Below are positions 26,928 to 41,302 of a DNA stretch of 64,000 bases, piece by piece. Under the pieces are notes generated by a model. That model worked only from the letters and a program-made list of their open reading frames with translations, ran no database searches and was not told where the DNA came from. Position 1 is the stretch's first letter. Each line of letters begins with the position of its first letter. The translations under genes and the position numbers were made by a program. Origin of the DNA: Candidatus Omnitrophota bacterium (GTDB taxonomy: Bacteria > Omnitrophota > Gorgyraeia > Pluralincolimonadales > Pluralincolimonadaceae). The DNA is taken from contig CAISWF010000170.1 in assembly GCA_903889135.1 (NCBI GenBank), forward strand, positions 1,638 through 65,637, written 5' to 3'.

Positions 26928-29717
26928 ATGATAGGAAAAATATTTTCAGCGGTAATAGGTACCCACAATGACAGGGAACTTAAGCGGATCAAGCCCAAGG
27001 CGGAGTTCATAACTTCCCTTGAGCCGAAGATCTCAAAACTCTCCGACGCCGAACTGCGTGCCAAGACAGGAGAGTTCAAGGCGAAGATAAAAGAGCGGCT
27101 CAAGGAGATCGATCTTTCGAAGCTCGAGAAGGCCGAGAGGCGCAATGTAGAGACTGAGGCCCTCGAGGAGATATTGCCGGAGGCGTTCGCGGTCGTGCGC
27201 GAAGCGGGCAAGAGAGTGACCGGTATGCGCCATTTCGATGTCCAGCTTATCGGCGGCATCGTCCTGCACGAGGGAAAGATATCCGAGATGGCTACCGGCG
27301 AAGGCAAGACGCTTGTCGCGACGCTGCCGGCATATTTGAACGCGCTGACCGGCCTCGGCGTACACATCGTTACCGTAAACGATTACCTCGCGAAGCGCGA
27401 CAGGTACTGGATGGGGCCGATATTCGAGTTCCTCGGGCTGACCGTAGGGATGATACAACATGACATGAACGACAAGGACCGCCAGGCGGCTTACAGGAGC
27501 GACATAACCTACGGCACGAATAACGAATTCGGGTTTGATTACCTGCGCGACAATATGAAATACCGGCTCGAGGATATGGTCCAGCGGCCGCTGCATTACG
27601 GTGTCGTCGATGAAGTCGACTCGATACTCGTAGATGAGGCCAGGACGCCGCTCATCATATCCGGTCCGGCCGAAGAATCGACCGATAAATATTATAAAGC
27701 CGCGACCATCGTCAGGGGCCTTGAAAAAGGCGCGAAGGACGAAGACACAAAAGAAGAGTCCGGCGATTACGTAGTGGACGAGAAAGGCCACAGCGTCTGG
27801 CTGACCGAGCAAGGTGAGGCGAAGGTCGTCAAGGCCTGGGGGCTTAAGGATATGCATTCGATGGAATCGGTCGAGGAGCGGCATTGCGTCGAAAAGGCGC
27901 TCCTGGCCAAGGAACTTTACAAGCTCGACGTGGAATATGTCATCAAGGACGGCGAGGTCATAATCGTCGACGAGTTCACCGGCCGCATGATGCCGGGCAG
28001 GAGATGGTCCGACGGGCTCCACCAGGCGGTCGAGGCCAAAGAAGGCGTCAAGATAGAGAGGGAGAACCAGACCCTCGCTACGATAACGTTCCAGAATTAT
28101 TTCAGGATGTTCGACAAGCTTGCCGGCATGACCGGTACGGCCGCGACGGAAGCGAACGAGTTCAGCCAGATATATAAGCTCGATGTCGTCGTGATCCCGA
28201 CGAACAGGCCGCTCATAAGGACGAACCATCCGGACAGCATTTATAAATCCGAAAAAGAGAAATTCAACGCGGCCGCCGACGAGATCGCGCAATTATACGA
28301 GAAAGGCCAGCCCGTCCTGGTAGGCACGATATCGATCGATAAATCCGAACGTTTAAGTAACATGCTGCAGCGCCGCGGAATACCGCACCAGGTATTGAAC
28401 GCGAAATATCACGAGTCGGAGGCGCATATAGTCGCGCAGGCCGGGCGGTATAAAGCGATAACTATCGCGACTAATATGGCCGGCCGCGGCACCGATATCC
28501 TTCTCGGCGGCAACGCGGAATATATAGTCTACGACTATTTTAAGCAGAAGGGGATAGAGCCCGAGGATATCGACCCCAAGGAAAAGGCCGAGATGCTGGT
28601 GAAGTTCAAGTCGAAGGTCGAAGACGAGCATAATAAAGTCATCGCGGTCGGGGGCCTGCATGTACTCGGCACCGAGCGCCATGAGGCGCGGCGCATCGAT
28701 AACCAGCTCCGCGGCAGGTGCGGACGCCAGGGTGACCCGGGCTCATCGAGGTTCTATCTTTCGCTGGAGGACGACCTGATGAGGATATTCGGCTCGGACA
28801 GGATAAAATACATAATGGAAAAACTGGGGATGGAAGAGGGCCAGCCGATAGAACATCCCATCGTTTCGAGGTCTATCGAGACGGCGCAGAAACGGGTCGA
28901 GGCGCATAACTTCGAGATAAGGAAGCAATTGCTCGAATATGATAACGTAATGAACAAGCAGAGGGAGGTCATCTATTCCGAGAGGCGCGCGATACTCGAG
29001 GGCAAGGACATCAAGGAATATATCGCCGCGATGATAGAGAACGGCCTCGACTCGGCGATGGATATCTACCTCAACGAGAAGACGCATGCCGAGGAGTGGG
29101 ATACAAAAGGTTTCTCGGAGTGGTTCCGCGGGAAATTAGGCTTCGACCTTCCCGTTAACCGCGAGGAGTTTTTCGCTGCGCCGCGCCACGACATAAGGGC
29201 GGGGCTCCTCGATATAATAAATAAATTTTACGAAAAGAGGGAGTTAGTCCTAGGCGCGGACATGACCAGGCACATTGAGAAGACGATACTGCTCGACATG
29301 ATAGACTCGAAATGGAAGGACCATCTCTACACGATGGACCTGCTCAAGGAAGGCATAGGCCTGCGCGCCTACGGCCAGGTCGACCCGCTCGTCGAATACA
29401 AGAACGAGGGCTTCGCGATGTTCGAGGAGATGATGAACAGGATACAGGAAGACGCGCTCGAATTCATCTTTAAGGTCCAGGTAGCGACCCAGGAAAAACC
29501 GAGGGGCGTTTTCGAATCCGTCCCCCAGCAGATGATACACCGGGAGATGGGTTCGCTCGCCTCAAGGATACCTCAATCACAAGGCGGCGAGCCGGTCGAG
29601 GCCAGGCCGCCGGATGCCAAGCAGGCACCGGTCGAAAGGGAAGCTCCGAAAGTGGGCAGGAATGACCCTTGCCCATGCGGGAGCGGAAAGAAATATAAAA
29701 AATGCTGCGGCGTTTAG
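26928..29717 (+). CDS. secA: Preprotein translocase ATPase SecA
   Basis: [29 protein letters not shown]-terminal [18 protein letters not shown]. Confidence 0.99.
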   Translation: MIGKIFSAVIGTHNDRELKRIKPKAEFITSLEPKISKLSDAELRAKTGEFKAKIKERLKEIDLSKLEKAERRNVETEALEEILPEAFAVVREAGKRVTGMRHFDVQLIGGIVLHEGKISEMATGEGKTLVATLPAYLNALTGLGVHIVTVNDYLAKRDRYWMGPIFEFLGLTVGMIQHDMNDKDRQAAYRSDITYGTNNEFGFDYLRDNMKYRLEDMVQRPLHYGVVDEVDSILVDEARTPLIISGPAEESTDKYYKAATIVRGLEKGAKDEDTKEESGDYVVDEKGHSVWLTEQGEAKVVKAWGLKDMHSMESVEERHCVEKALLAKELYKLDVEYVIKDGEVIIVDEFTGRMMPGRRWSDGLHQAVEAKEGVKIERENQTLATITFQNYFRMFDKLAGMTGTAATEANEFSQIYKLDVVVIPTNRPLIRTNHPDSIYKSEKEKFNAAADEIAQLYEKGQPVLVGTISIDKSERLSNMLQRRGIPHQVLNAKYHESEAHIVAQAGRYKAITIATNMAGRGTDILLGGNAEYIVYDYFKQKGIEPEDIDPKEKAEMLVKFKSKVEDEHNKVIAVGGLHVLGTERHEARRIDNQLRGRCGRQGDPGSSRFYLSLEDDLMRIFGSDRIKYIMEKLGMEEGQPIEHPIVSRSIETAQKRVEAHNFEIRKQLLEYDNVMNKQREVIYSERRAILEGKDIKEYIAAMIENGLDSAMDIYLNEKTHAEEWDTKGFSEWFRGKLGFDLPVNREEFFAAPRHDIRAGLLDIINKFYEKRELVLGADMTRHIEKTILLDMIDSKWKDHLYTMDLLKEGIGLRAYGQVDPLVEYKNEGFAMFEEMMNRIQEDALEFIFKVQVATQEKPRGVFESVPQQMIHREMGSLASRIPQSQGGEPVEARPPDAKQAPVEREAPKVGRNDPCPCGSGKKYKKCCGV

Positions 29718-31258
29718 TCTTTTTACCGTTACTATCGGCATTATTGCTGACGCTGTCTTATCCGGCGTTCGATTTTTCATATCTTGCGTGGTTCGCGCTG
29801 ATACCGATGCTGATCGCGATCCGCGGAGAGAAACCGTGGCAGGCCTTCTTCACCGGTTATATAACCGGATTGTTATTTTTCGCCGCCACGCTGTACTGGG
29901 TCGGATACGTCGCGATAATAGGCGTCGTCGTCCTGGCGTTCTATTTGGCTTTCTTTTTCGGGATATTCGCAGTCGGCGTCGACATCCTCGCCATGCAGTT
30001 CGAAAAACCGCGCATAAGGTTCGCGGTGCTCGTGAGCTGCCTCTGGGTAGCGGTGGAATTGCTGAGGAGCCATCTTTTTACCGGTTTCGGATGGGCGCTG
30101 CTCGGGCACACGCAGTGGGACACCCTGCCGATAATCCAGATAGCCGATGTGGCCGGCGCCTACGGCGTCTCGTTCCTGGTCGTCTTTACCAACGTCCTCA
30201 TCTCCTCGAAGATAAAGAAGAAGATAAAGGGCTATATGCCGGAGCCGAGATACCTGGCGTTGCTGGTGATAGTGCTCATAGTGGTCGCGATATACGGATA
30301 TTACAAGGTCGACCAGAAATTCGATGGCGAACCCGTAAAAATATCGGTCATACAGGGGAATATCCCCCAGTCGGAGAAGTGGGATGAGAAATATGCCAAC
30401 GAAATACTGGATAAATATATAGACCTTACGAAAGAGGCGGCAAAGGACAAACCGGACCTGATAATCTGGCCCGAGACGTCGGTCCCGGGATTCCTTGAGA
30501 CCGACCAGTTCCTGCGCGGCAAGATCACCACCCTCGCGAAAGAGGTCAATACGTACATCCTGGTCGGGACGCAGACCGAGAGAGTGCCGCAAAAGGTGCG
30601 TTATTTCAACAGCGCCGCCCTGATATCGAACAAGGGCGAGATAGTAGGGCGCTATGACAAGATGCACCTCGTGCCGTTCGGCGAGTATGTCCCGCTGGGG
30701 AACGGCTTCCTGTCTTTCATCAAGCAGCGCTACGATATGGGCGAGGATTATACGCCCGGGAAAGATTACACGATATTCGAGATACCGACGCAGAAAGGCG
30801 GGCGGGTGAAGTTCGGCGTCCTGATATGTTTTGAGGATGTCTTCCCCGAACTGTCGAGGAATTTTGTGCGGTCGGGCGCGGACTTCCTGGTCGTGATAAC
30901 CAACGACGCCTGGTACATGAAGACCGCCGCGCCGTTCCAGCATGTCCAGCCTTCGGTCTTCCGCGCGGTCGAGGACAGGGTTAATGTTGTGAGGTGCGCG
31001 AATACCGGCTATTCGTGCTTTATAGACCAGTCCGGAAAGATCATCCAGGAGGTAAAGGATTTTAAAGGGGAGAAGATATTCGTGACGGGTTTCGCGACCG
31101 CGAATATAATCCCGGGAAAGGCCGGGACCCTGTATTTGGAATACGGGGACGCGTTCGCGCGGCTATGCGTTTGGGTTATTTTATTTGACTTAACCCTTTA
31201 TTTTATTTATAATTATGTCAAGTCTTCTCGACAAAGGCGGAAAAATTGGAAGAAATAA
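29702..31258 (+). CDS. lnt: Apolipoprotein N-acyltransferase
   Basis: [29 protein letters not shown]. Confidence 0.96.
   Translation: MLRRLVFLPLLSALLLTLSYPAFDFSYLAWFALIPMLIAIRGEKPWQAFFTGYITGLLFFAATLYWVGYVAIIGVVVLAFYLAFFFGIFAVGVDILAMQFEKPRIRFAVLVSCLWVAVELLRSHLFTGFGWALLGHTQWDTLPIIQIADVAGAYGVSFLVVFTNVLISSKIKKKIKGYMPEPRYLALLVIVLIVVAIYGYYKVDQKFDGEPVKISVIQGNIPQSEKWDEKYANEILDKYIDLTKEAAKDKPDLIIWPETSVPGFLETDQFLRGKITTLAKEVNTYILVGTQTERVPQKVRYFNSAALISNKGEIVGRYDKMHLVPFGEYVPLGNGFLSFIKQRYDMGEDYTPGKDYTIFEIPTQKGGRVKFGVLICFEDVFPELSRNFVRSGADFLVVITNDAWYMKTAAPFQHVQPSVFRAVEDRVNVVRCANTGYSCFIDQSGKIIQEVKDFKGEKIFVTGFATANIIPGKAGTLYLEYGDAFARLCVWVILFDLTLYFIYNYVKSSRQRRKNWKK
31185..31213 (+). promoter_or_regulatory. Internal sigma70 promoter for lysS inside the lnt 3' end
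   Basis: TTGACT-17nt-TATAAT in an AT-rich patch. Confidence 0.7.
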
Positions 31259-32700
31259 ACGACCTAATAAAACAAAGAATAATAAAACTCGAAAACCTGC
31301 GGGCAAAGGGCGTAAATCCTTACGGCGGAAAATTCGTTAAGTCGCTCAATATCAACGAGTTACTGGCGGATTTTGAGGCTGCCACCGCCCAATCCAGGGA
31401 AGTCACGGTCGCCGGCCGGGTAATGGCCGTGCGTTCTCACGGAAAATCCTGTTTTGTTGACGTCAAGGATTCGACGGCGAAGATCCAGAATTATATAAAG
31501 GCCGCTGAGCTTCCGGAGGCCGGCAGGACAGCATTCGAGAACCTCGATATCGGCGATATCGTCGGCATAAAAGGCAAGGCCTTCAAGACGAGGACCGGCG
31601 AGCCGACGTTACACGTCGAAGAGTTCACGATGTTGTCGAAGTCGATCAGGCCGCTGCCGGAGAAATGGCACGGGCTCAAGGATATCGAGACGCGTTACCG
31701 CCAGAGGTACGTCGACCTCATCGTCAACGAGGAAGTCAAGAAGGTCTTCGAGCTTCGCATCAAGATGATCGCGCGGATAAGGGCTTTTCTGGACGGCAAG
31801 GGCTTCCTGGAGGTAGAGACGCCGATGATGCAGCCGATGCCGGGCGGCGCCACGGCCAAACCTTTCAAGACGCACCACGAGGCGCTCGGCATAGACCTTT
31901 ACATGAGGATCGCGCCCGAGCTTTACCTGAAACGGCTCCTGGTCGGCGGTTTCGAGAAGATCTACGAGATTAACCGGAATTTCAGGAACGAGGGGATATC
32001 GCCTAGGCATAATCCCGAGTTCACGATGATAGAGGTCTATCAGGCCTACGGCGACTGCGGGGATATGATAGACCTGACCGAGGAACTTATACTCGATGCG
32101 GCTCAACACCTCTTCGGGAAATACAAGATCGCGCACGGCGAAGGCGAGATCGACCTGTCGCCGCCGTGGGAGAGGATACCTTTTCGCGAAGCGATATTGA
32201 AATATTCCGGGATAGATTACAAGAAGGAAAAAGACCTGAGGAAAGTCGCGAAGGATATGGGGCTTGACATAAGGGACGCTAAGCTCGATGAGGAGGTCGC
32301 CAACAAGATATTCGAGAAGGCGGTTGAGCCGAAGCTCCTAAAGCCCACGTTCATAATAGATTACCCGGCGATACTGTGCCCGCTCTCGAAGAAGAAGCCC
32401 GGCGAGCCGGACCTGACCGAAAGGTTCGAATTGTTCATATCGGGCCATGAATTGGCGAACGCCTATTCGGAACTTAATGACCCGATAGAACAGAAGTCGA
32501 GGTTTGAGGACCAGGTAAAGGGCCCGGAAGCGCCGGAGGCCAAGACCATCGATGAGGATTTTGTCCGCGCGCTCGAGTACGGCATGCCGCCGGCAGGCGG
32601 GCTCGGGATCGGCATAGACAGGCTTGCGATGCTCCTGGCCAATTGTGACTCGATAAAGGATGTTATACTCTTCCCGCAGCTAAAACCGGAACAGCAGTAG
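31246..32700 (+). CDS. lysS: Lysine--tRNA ligase (class II)
   Basis: YRQRYVDL, RIAPELYLKRL, FRNEG, GMPPAGGLGIGIDRL; TTG start. Confidence 0.98.
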   Translation: MEEINDLIKQRIIKLENLRAKGVNPYGGKFVKSLNINELLADFEAATAQSREVTVAGRVMAVRSHGKSCFVDVKDSTAKIQNYIKAAELPEAGRTAFENLDIGDIVGIKGKAFKTRTGEPTLHVEEFTMLSKSIRPLPEKWHGLKDIETRYRQRYVDLIVNEEVKKVFELRIKMIARIRAFLDGKGFLEVETPMMQPMPGGATAKPFKTHHEALGIDLYMRIAPELYLKRLLVGGFEKIYEINRNFRNEGISPRHNPEFTMIEVYQAYGDCGDMIDLTEELILDAAQHLFGKYKIAHGEGEIDLSPPWERIPFREAILKYSGIDYKKEKDLRKVAKDMGLDIRDAKLDEEVANKIFEKAVEPKLLKPTFIIDYPAILCPLSKKKPGEPDLTERFELFISGHELANAYSELNDPIEQKSRFEDQVKGPEAPEAKTIDEDFVRALEYGMPPAGGLGIGIDRLAMLLANCDSIKDVILFPQLKPEQQ

Positions 32701-32718
32701 CCAAATAAATTTTTAAAT

Positions 32719-33903
32719 ATGCGTTACGAATTGTTGGTAGCCTCGAGATATCTCCTCGCGAAACGCAGGGAGAAGTTCATATCGATAATCAGCCTGATCT
32801 CCGTGCTGGGTGTCGCGGTCGGCGTCTGCGCGCTCATTGTGGTCATCGGAGTGATGACCGGTTTCGATAACGAGCTGCGCGATAAGATAATCGGCGCGAA
32901 TTCCCATATCATCGTCGAGCAGGAAGGCGGTATCGTGGATTCCGCCGCGCTTATCAAAAAGATAAAGACCGAGCCCCACGTTGTTTCCGCTTCACCTTTC
33001 CTAGACGGACAGGCGTTCATCAGGGCGAAGGATACGATGCAGGGCGTCTCGATAAGGGGCATCGTCCCCGGCGAAGAGGTCAAGGTGTCCAAGCTCGGGT
33101 CCTATATCAAGTCCGGCTCTATGGCCGCGCTCAAGGACGGCGGAATGCTGATAGGCACCGAAATGGCGCAGAGGTTCGCCCTTAAGCTCGGCGACACAGT
33201 TTCGGTCCTTTCGCCGGTAGACGGCTCATCGAAAGATTTTAAGGTTGCGGGTACGTTCAATTCGGGTTATTACGAATATGATTCCGGGCTCGCTTTTGTG
33301 GACCTGAAAGACGCGCAGGAGCTTTTCGGCGAATGGGGCAAAGCCGGCGGGATCGGCGTGAGGATAGACGACGAATATCTCGCGCCGCAGATCAGGGTCA
33401 AGCTACAGAAAGAGCTGGGCTTCCCTTTTTACGTAAAGACATGGATAGACCTGAACAGGAGCCTTTTCTCGGCCCTTAAGCTCGAGAAGCTCGCCATGTT
33501 CTGGATATTGGCGCTGATAGTCACGGTCGCGTGTTTTAATATAGCGGCGACGATGATCATGGTCGTGATGGAGAAGACGAAAGATATCGGCATACTCAAG
33601 GCGATAGGCGCGGCCAACAATTCCATAAGGCTGATATTCACCCTGCAGGGATTCATAGTGGGCGCGGTGGGGACGGCGCTCGGCGTAGCCGGTGGGCTGG
33701 GTCTCGGGTATCTTCTCGAGAAGTACCAGTTCATCAAACTCCCGAGGGATATTTATTACATAGACAGGTTTCCCGTTGATATACAATACACGGACGTGGC
33801 CGCGATAGTCGTCGCGGCGCTGGCGATAAGTTTACTGGCCTGTCTCTATCCGGCATGGCAGGCGTCGCGGCTCAACCCGGTCGATGCCTTGAGGTACGAA
33901 TGA
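32719..33903 (+). CDS. Lipoprotein-releasing ABC permease LolC/E/F-type
   Basis: ISLISVLGVAVGV...VMTGF, EKTKDIGILKAIGA, YPAWQASRLNPVDALRYE. Confidence 0.93.
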   Translation: MRYELLVASRYLLAKRREKFISIISLISVLGVAVGVCALIVVIGVMTGFDNELRDKIIGANSHIIVEQEGGIVDSAALIKKIKTEPHVVSASPFLDGQAFIRAKDTMQGVSIRGIVPGEEVKVSKLGSYIKSGSMAALKDGGMLIGTEMAQRFALKLGDTVSVLSPVDGSSKDFKVAGTFNSGYYEYDSGLAFVDLKDAQELFGEWGKAGGIGVRIDDEYLAPQIRVKLQKELGFPFYVKTWIDLNRSLFSALKLEKLAMFWILALIVTVACFNIAATMIMVVMEKTKDIGILKAIGAANNSIRLIFTLQGFIVGAVGTALGVAGGLGLGYLLEKYQFIKLPRDIYYIDRFPVDIQYTDVAAIVVAALAISLLACLYPAWQASRLNPVDALRYE

Positions 33904-33904
33904 G

Positions 33905-34570
33905 ATGATAGAGGCCAGAGCCCTGCGGAAGATCTATAAGAACGGCGCGAAGGAGCTTGAGGTTCTCAAGGGCATAGACCTCAAAGTAGGCAAGAGCGAA
34001 GTCCTTGCGGTGCTCGGGCCGTCGGGTGCGGGTAAGTCAACCCTGCTCCATCTTTTGGGCGGGCTCGATTCGCCGACCGCCGGGGAAGTCATGATAGACG
34101 GCACCGATATCTATGCGCTCGGCGACAGGGAACGCGCGAAGATAAGGAACAGGAAGATAGGTTTCGTATTCCAGTTCTACCACTTGCTTCCTGAATTCGA
34201 CGCGCTCGAAAATGTCATGCTTCCGTTGTTGATAAAGGGCGGGAACGGAAAAGATCTGCGCGACAAAGGGGCCGGCCTGCTGAGGTCCGTGGGGCTGGGG
34301 GAACGGATGGCGCATAGGCCCGGCCAGTTATCCGGAGGAGAACAGCAGAGGGTGGCGATAGCCAGGGCCCTTATAAACGAACCGGAACTTCTCCTCTGCG
34401 ATGAGCCGACCGGGAACCTCGATTCCGAGTCGGGAAATAATGTAATTGACTTGTTGTGGGAACTCAATAAAAGTCGTAAAATGACATTGATGATAGTGAC
34501 CCATGACGCGCAGATAGCAAAGGCCGCGCAGAGGGTCCTGCACATAAGGGACGGAAAAATAATCCAATGA
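33905..34570 (+). CDS. lolD: Lipoprotein-releasing ABC ATPase
   Basis: [37 protein letters not shown]. Confidence 0.92.
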   Translation: MIEARALRKIYKNGAKELEVLKGIDLKVGKSEVLAVLGPSGAGKSTLLHLLGGLDSPTAGEVMIDGTDIYALGDRERAKIRNRKIGFVFQFYHLLPEFDALENVMLPLLIKGGNGKDLRDKGAGLLRSVGLGERMAHRPGQLSGGEQQRVAIARALINEPELLLCDEPTGNLDSESGNNVIDLLWELNKSRKMTLMIVTHDAQIAKAAQRVLHIRDGKIIQ

Positions 34571-34583
34571 CAAGGAGAGTAAA

Positions 34584-35456
34584 ATGAGCCTGAAGATCTA
34601 TATTGACGGAAAATTCTACCAGAACGAGGACGCGAAGATCTCGGTCTTCGACCACGGCCTGCTCTACGGCGACGGCGTCTTCGAGGGCATCCGCACCTAC
34701 GACGGGCTCATCTTTAAATTGAAGGAGCACATCGACAGGCTCTACCAGTCCGCGCACGCGATCATGCTCGAGATCCCGATGACGAAAGAGGAGACGGTCG
34801 AGGCGATCAAGAAGACCCTGCGCGAGAACGAGCTGAAGGATTCGTATATCAGGCTTATCGTCACGCGCGGCATGGGTGACCTGGGGCTCGACCCGAGGAA
34901 GTGCGGGAAACCGACCATCATCATCATCACCGACAAGATAAAGCTGTACCATCAGGAATTATACGAGAAGGGCCTTGAGATCGTGACCATCTCGACGCAG
35001 AGGAATATCCACGAGTCGGTCAACCCGCAGATCAAGTCGCTCAATTACCTTAACAATATACTGGCGAAGGTCGAGGCGATCAACGCGGGCGTCGAGGAGG
35101 CGGTCATGCTCAATTCCGAGGGTTATGTCGCGGAATGCACCGGAGATAACATCTTTACCGTCAAGACCGGCGCGCTCTATACCCCGCCGGTCCACAGCGG
35201 CGTCCTGCGCGGCATCACGCGCGGCGCGGTCATCGATATCGCGCACTTAAAGGAGATCCCCATCCACGAGGAGGTCATGACGAGGTACGACCTCTTTAAC
35301 GCGGACGAGATGTTCCTTACCGGGACCGCGGCCGAGATCATCCCTGTTGTCAGGATGGACAGGCGCAAGATCGGCGACGGCAAGCCCGGAAAGATGACGG
35401 CGAAACTCATAACGGAATTCCATAAGCTTACGAAGGTCGACGGCGTGAGGTTCTGA
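34584..35456 (+). CDS. ilvE: Branched-chain amino acid aminotransferase
   Basis: [41 protein letters not shown]. Confidence 0.95.
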   Translation: MSLKIYIDGKFYQNEDAKISVFDHGLLYGDGVFEGIRTYDGLIFKLKEHIDRLYQSAHAIMLEIPMTKEETVEAIKKTLRENELKDSYIRLIVTRGMGDLGLDPRKCGKPTIIIITDKIKLYHQELYEKGLEIVTISTQRNIHESVNPQIKSLNYLNNILAKVEAINAGVEEAVMLNSEGYVAECTGDNIFTVKTGALYTPPVHSGVLRGITRGAVIDIAHLKEIPIHEEVMTRYDLFNADEMFLTGTAAEIIPVVRMDRRKIGDGKPGKMTAKLITEFHKLTKVDGVRF

Positions 35457-35962
35457 TGATCTGCCAGGTCTGCGCCAAGAACGAGGCTACGGTCGAGTTC
35501 ACCGAGATAATAAATGACGAAGTGAAACAGCTCCACCTTTGCGACGATTGCGCGAAGGAGAAGGGCATCGAGATGGAGCAGAGCTTCAGCATCTCTGACC
35601 TCCTTGCCGGGATAAGCGGCCTCGGGGAAAAGCCGTCCGGCGAAGAGCTCTCGGTGAAATGCGGCAAATGCGGCATGACATTCGAGGACTTCCAGAAGAT
35701 AGGCCGGCTCGGCTGCGGCGAATGCTACGGCGCGTTCAGGAAGAACCTCCTGCCGCTTTTAAAACGCATCCACGGCTCGGCCCGGCATATCGGGAAATCG
35801 CCCAAGGAGATCGACGAGACCGACGGAAAGAAGAAGATATCCGAGGCGCAGGAATTGCGGCAAAAGCTCCAGCGCGCCATCGATATGGAGGAGTTCGAAG
35901 AGGCCGCCAGGCTCCGCGACAGGATAAGGTCGCTCGAGAAGAAAGCTAAAGATAAGCCATGA
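35456..35962 (+). CDS. mcsA: Protein-arginine kinase activator McsA
   Basis: Four CxxC motifs, GRLGCGECY, C-terminal UVR domain. Confidence 0.93.
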   Translation: MICQVCAKNEATVEFTEIINDEVKQLHLCDDCAKEKGIEMEQSFSISDLLAGISGLGEKPSGEELSVKCGKCGMTFEDFQKIGRLGCGECYGAFRKNLLPLLKRIHGSARHIGKSPKEIDETDGKKKISEAQELRQKLQRAIDMEEFEEAARLRDRIRSLEKKAKDKP

Positions 35963-37008
35963 CCCTCGACGAGCTCTGGAGCCGGACCGGAGAATGGCTT
36001 AAAGGCACCGGCCCGAACCCGGATATAGTGATGTCCTCGCGCGTAAGGCTGGCCAGGAACCTGGCTAAATACCCTTTCCCGCACTGGGCATCGGCCGAAC
36101 AGCTCGAGGGCGTCATTTCGGATTTTGAGGGTGCCTATAAGAAGGCGGATTATTTCAAAGGGGCTTTATTCTTAAGGATAGACGCGCTCGACAGCATAGA
36201 AAAGCAGATGCTGATCGAAAGGCACCTTATAAGCAGGGAGCACATAGCCAATTCCGAGCATAAGGCGGTCCTCATAAGCGAACGCGAGATAATAAGCATC
36301 ATGGTCAACGAGGAGGACCACCTCCGCATACAGGTCCTCCAGTCGGGCTTGAACCTGCACGACACATGGAAGCTCGCGGACAAGATAGACGAGGAATTGG
36401 AGCAGAACCTCGAGTTCGCAGTCTCTTCGGACCTGGGTTATCTGACATGCTGTCCCACTAACGTCGGGACCGGCTTAAGGGCGTCGTGCATGGCGCACCT
36501 TCCGGCCCTGGTCATGACGAAACAGGCCGGCAGGATCATACAGGCGATAAGCAAGCTCGGAATGACGGCCCGCGGCCTATTCGGCGAGGGGACCGAGGCG
36601 TACGGGAATTTTTTCCAGATATCGAACCAGGTCACGCTCGGGCGTTCGGAAGAAGATATAGTCGATAACCTCGAGCGGATAATGAAACAGATAATAGAGC
36701 AGGAGAACACCGCTAGGAACTCGGTATTTGCGAACCAGAGGCTGCTTTTGGAAGACAGGATATCGAGGTCGCTGGCCGAACTGAAGAGCGCGAAACTTAT
36801 AAGCAGCGAGGAAGCGCTGAACCTGCTTTCGGTGGTAAGGCTCGGAGCGGACCTTGGCGTGATAAAGGGCCTGGACCGCAACGTCTTGAATGATCTTTTT
36901 ATACAGATACAACCCGCCCATCTCCAAAAGAAAGAGGGCAAGCGCCTGTCGGCCGAGGAGAGGGACGCAGTGCGCGCGGAGTTCATATCGAGGAAATTCA
37001 ATATATAG
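35959..37008 (+). CDS. mcsB: Protein arginine kinase McsB
   Basis: SSRVRLARN, NEEDHLR, CPTNVGTGLRAS, FQISNQVTLG. Confidence 0.96.
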   Translation: MTLDELWSRTGEWLKGTGPNPDIVMSSRVRLARNLAKYPFPHWASAEQLEGVISDFEGAYKKADYFKGALFLRIDALDSIEKQMLIERHLISREHIANSEHKAVLISEREIISIMVNEEDHLRIQVLQSGLNLHDTWKLADKIDEELEQNLEFAVSSDLGYLTCCPTNVGTGLRASCMAHLPALVMTKQAGRIIQAISKLGMTARGLFGEGTEAYGNFFQISNQVTLGRSEEDIVDNLERIMKQIIEQENTARNSVFANQRLLLEDRISRSLAELKSAKLISSEEALNLLSVVRLGADLGVIKGLDRNVLNDLFIQIQPAHLQKKEGKRLSAEERDAVRAEFISRKFNI

Positions 37009-37032
37009 TCCGTATTTTGAGGAGGATGGTCC

Positions 37033-39459
<2,427 letters not shown>

Positions 39460-39493
39460 ATCCCGTGGTAGAGGGTGTCCTCTACAACGGGAT
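39460..39493. repeat. Palindrome directly after clpC stop
   Basis: ATCCCGT-G-GTAGAGG-GTGT-CCTCTAC-A-ACGGGAT; no U-tract. Confidence 0.65.
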
Positions 39494-39513
39494 AAACCGG
39501 AGGCGGGGCTGAC

Positions 39514-41298
39514 TTGAGACACAGACCGAGGCCGGCGTTAGTCATCCTGGGATTGACGGCGCTGGTCGTGCTCATATTTATAGACCTGCAAGGCAACTAT
39601 TTTTTCAGGGAATTCAGGGCAAAGTCCCTCGCCATGATGAGGGAGAAGATAGGGCTTGACGGAGAGATAGGCAGCGTCGAGGGAGGCGTATTCAGGGGCA
39701 TCATCCTCAAAGACGTCAAACTTTACGGCGCGGTCCACTCCCAGGCCAAGAAGGTCTTCTTCTCTGCGGCGGCCATCGACCTCAATTACCGGTTATGGGA
39801 CATAGCCCTCGGCAGGTATGGCAAGCTCGATAAGATAACTTTCGTATCGCCGAAGATATATTTCTTCGGGGCGGAGAATAAACTGCCCAAGGTACCTAAG
39901 GTCTTCGAGCCGGCATGGAAAGAGATAGCCGTATCGATAAGGGACGGTTCTTTTTATAACTCCCAGGGTGAATCGGTCATATCGGAAGTGAACGGCAATT
40001 TCAAGCTGAGCGAACGCGGCATAGAATCGCAGAACGTGAGCGCCAATATCCTGGGGCAGAGGTTTACGGGAAGGGGCAACGTCGGTTTCCCGATAGACCG
40101 GTCGGCTGTAAAAATGGAAGGCTCGATAAAGGGCCAGGGCTATACGCTGAAAGCCCAACTCGACGGCGTCCTCGACAGGATATTAGTACGCGGCTCTTTT
40201 GATATATTAAATAAACTGAACCTGAATTTTGCGGGCAGCATAGCCAAGTCCGAAGGGGCCCTTGCCTTCAATGATTTCAGGTTCGGACCGAAAACGATAG
40301 TAAGCGGCGTCCTCCAGACGGCAGGAAAGGGTTTCTGCATGAACCTGTATCCGGCGGACGTGAGCGGGAACGCCACCGCATTGGGGGAGGTGAGCAGGTT
40401 CTGCATCACGGGGGACTTCGCGAAACTTCCTTATTTCACCTTGACCGTGAACACCAATCATATCAAGGCGATGGGCTTGGACCTCCTTTCGAATTATTAC
40501 ATGAGCGGCAAGCTTAATTATGACGCGAATAATAAGATTGAGTCAGTGACCGGCGATTTCAGCACTTCAGGTTCGGTGATAAACTACGATCCGGTAAGGG
40601 AAATAAAGGGCGCGTACGAATTCAAGAACAGTGTGATAAAGCTGAGCGGCGTAAATTATGGCGATGTCGTTTACGCGAACGGCTCCGTCGGCATAGGAGA
40701 CAAGAGCGATCTCGACCTCCACTTTAAATTCAAAGGGGCCCAGCTCGGGGGCCTCACCGACCTCGCGATGGAGAAGGGGACGGTATCCGGGCTCGTGTTC
40801 GGTGATATGAATATCCGCGGCGGCATCGGTAAGGAGTTAAGCATGGACGGCCAGCTCGAGTTCAAGGATGGCAACATAGGCACAGTGCGATACAACTCCG
40901 CAAAGATAACATTGAGGGGCAAGAGTTATGCTCTTGAATTTATAGATTCAAAAGTCTATACTGGTGATCAGGTCCTTATGATCGAAGGTAAGATCGATCT
41001 GAGGGATATCGGGACGCAGCGGCTCTTTCGCAGCGTCCTGATAAAGGCGGACCAGAACACGGTCGTGTGGGCGGGTGCGAATACGATGAAAGCGGCGGCC
41101 GGGGAATCCCTGACAGGGGGGAGCGCGAGCGAACAATTCAAGGTCAACCTGAAGACTTACGAGTCCCAGCAGGGCAACCAGCTGCCGCGGCAGGATACGG
41201 CCGATGCGGAATATAAACTTGCGAACCAGGCAAATACTAAATTGAAGATGAAAGAGAACGAGGATTTCTTCGGGGTAGAGCACAAGGTGAGGTTCTGA
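39514..41298 (+). CDS. AsmA/TamB-like beta-rich periplasmic protein with N-terminal TM anchor
   Basis: N-terminal helix, alternating Gly/hydrophobic beta strands throughout, C-terminal FFGVEHKVRF; TTG start uncertain. Confidence 0.6.
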   Translation: MRHRPRPALVILGLTALVVLIFIDLQGNYFFREFRAKSLAMMREKIGLDGEIGSVEGGVFRGIILKDVKLYGAVHSQAKKVFFSAAAIDLNYRLWDIALGRYGKLDKITFVSPKIYFFGAENKLPKVPKVFEPAWKEIAVSIRDGSFYNSQGESVISEVNGNFKLSERGIESQNVSANILGQRFTGRGNVGFPIDRSAVKMEGSIKGQGYTLKAQLDGVLDRILVRGSFDILNKLNLNFAGSIAKSEGALAFNDFRFGPKTIVSGVLQTAGKGFCMNLYPADVSGNATALGEVSRFCITGDFAKLPYFTLTVNTNHIKAMGLDLLSNYYMSGKLNYDANNKIESVTGDFSTSGSVINYDPVREIKGAYEFKNSVIKLSGVNYGDVVYANGSVGIGDKSDLDLHFKFKGAQLGGLTDLAMEKGTVSGLVFGDMNIRGGIGKELSMDGQLEFKDGNIGTVRYNSAKITLRGKSYALEFIDSKVYTGDQVLMIEGKIDLRDIGTQRLFRSVLIKADQNTVVWAGANTMKAAAGESLTGGSASEQFKVNLKTYESQQGNQLPRQDTADAEYKLANQANTKLKMKENEDFFGVEHKVRF

Positions 41299-41302
41299 CG
41301 AT

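Noticed and set aside
29614-30387. 257-aa alternative-frame ORF over secA/lnt
   Set aside because: Arg-rich off-frame product; the lnt frame explains the region.
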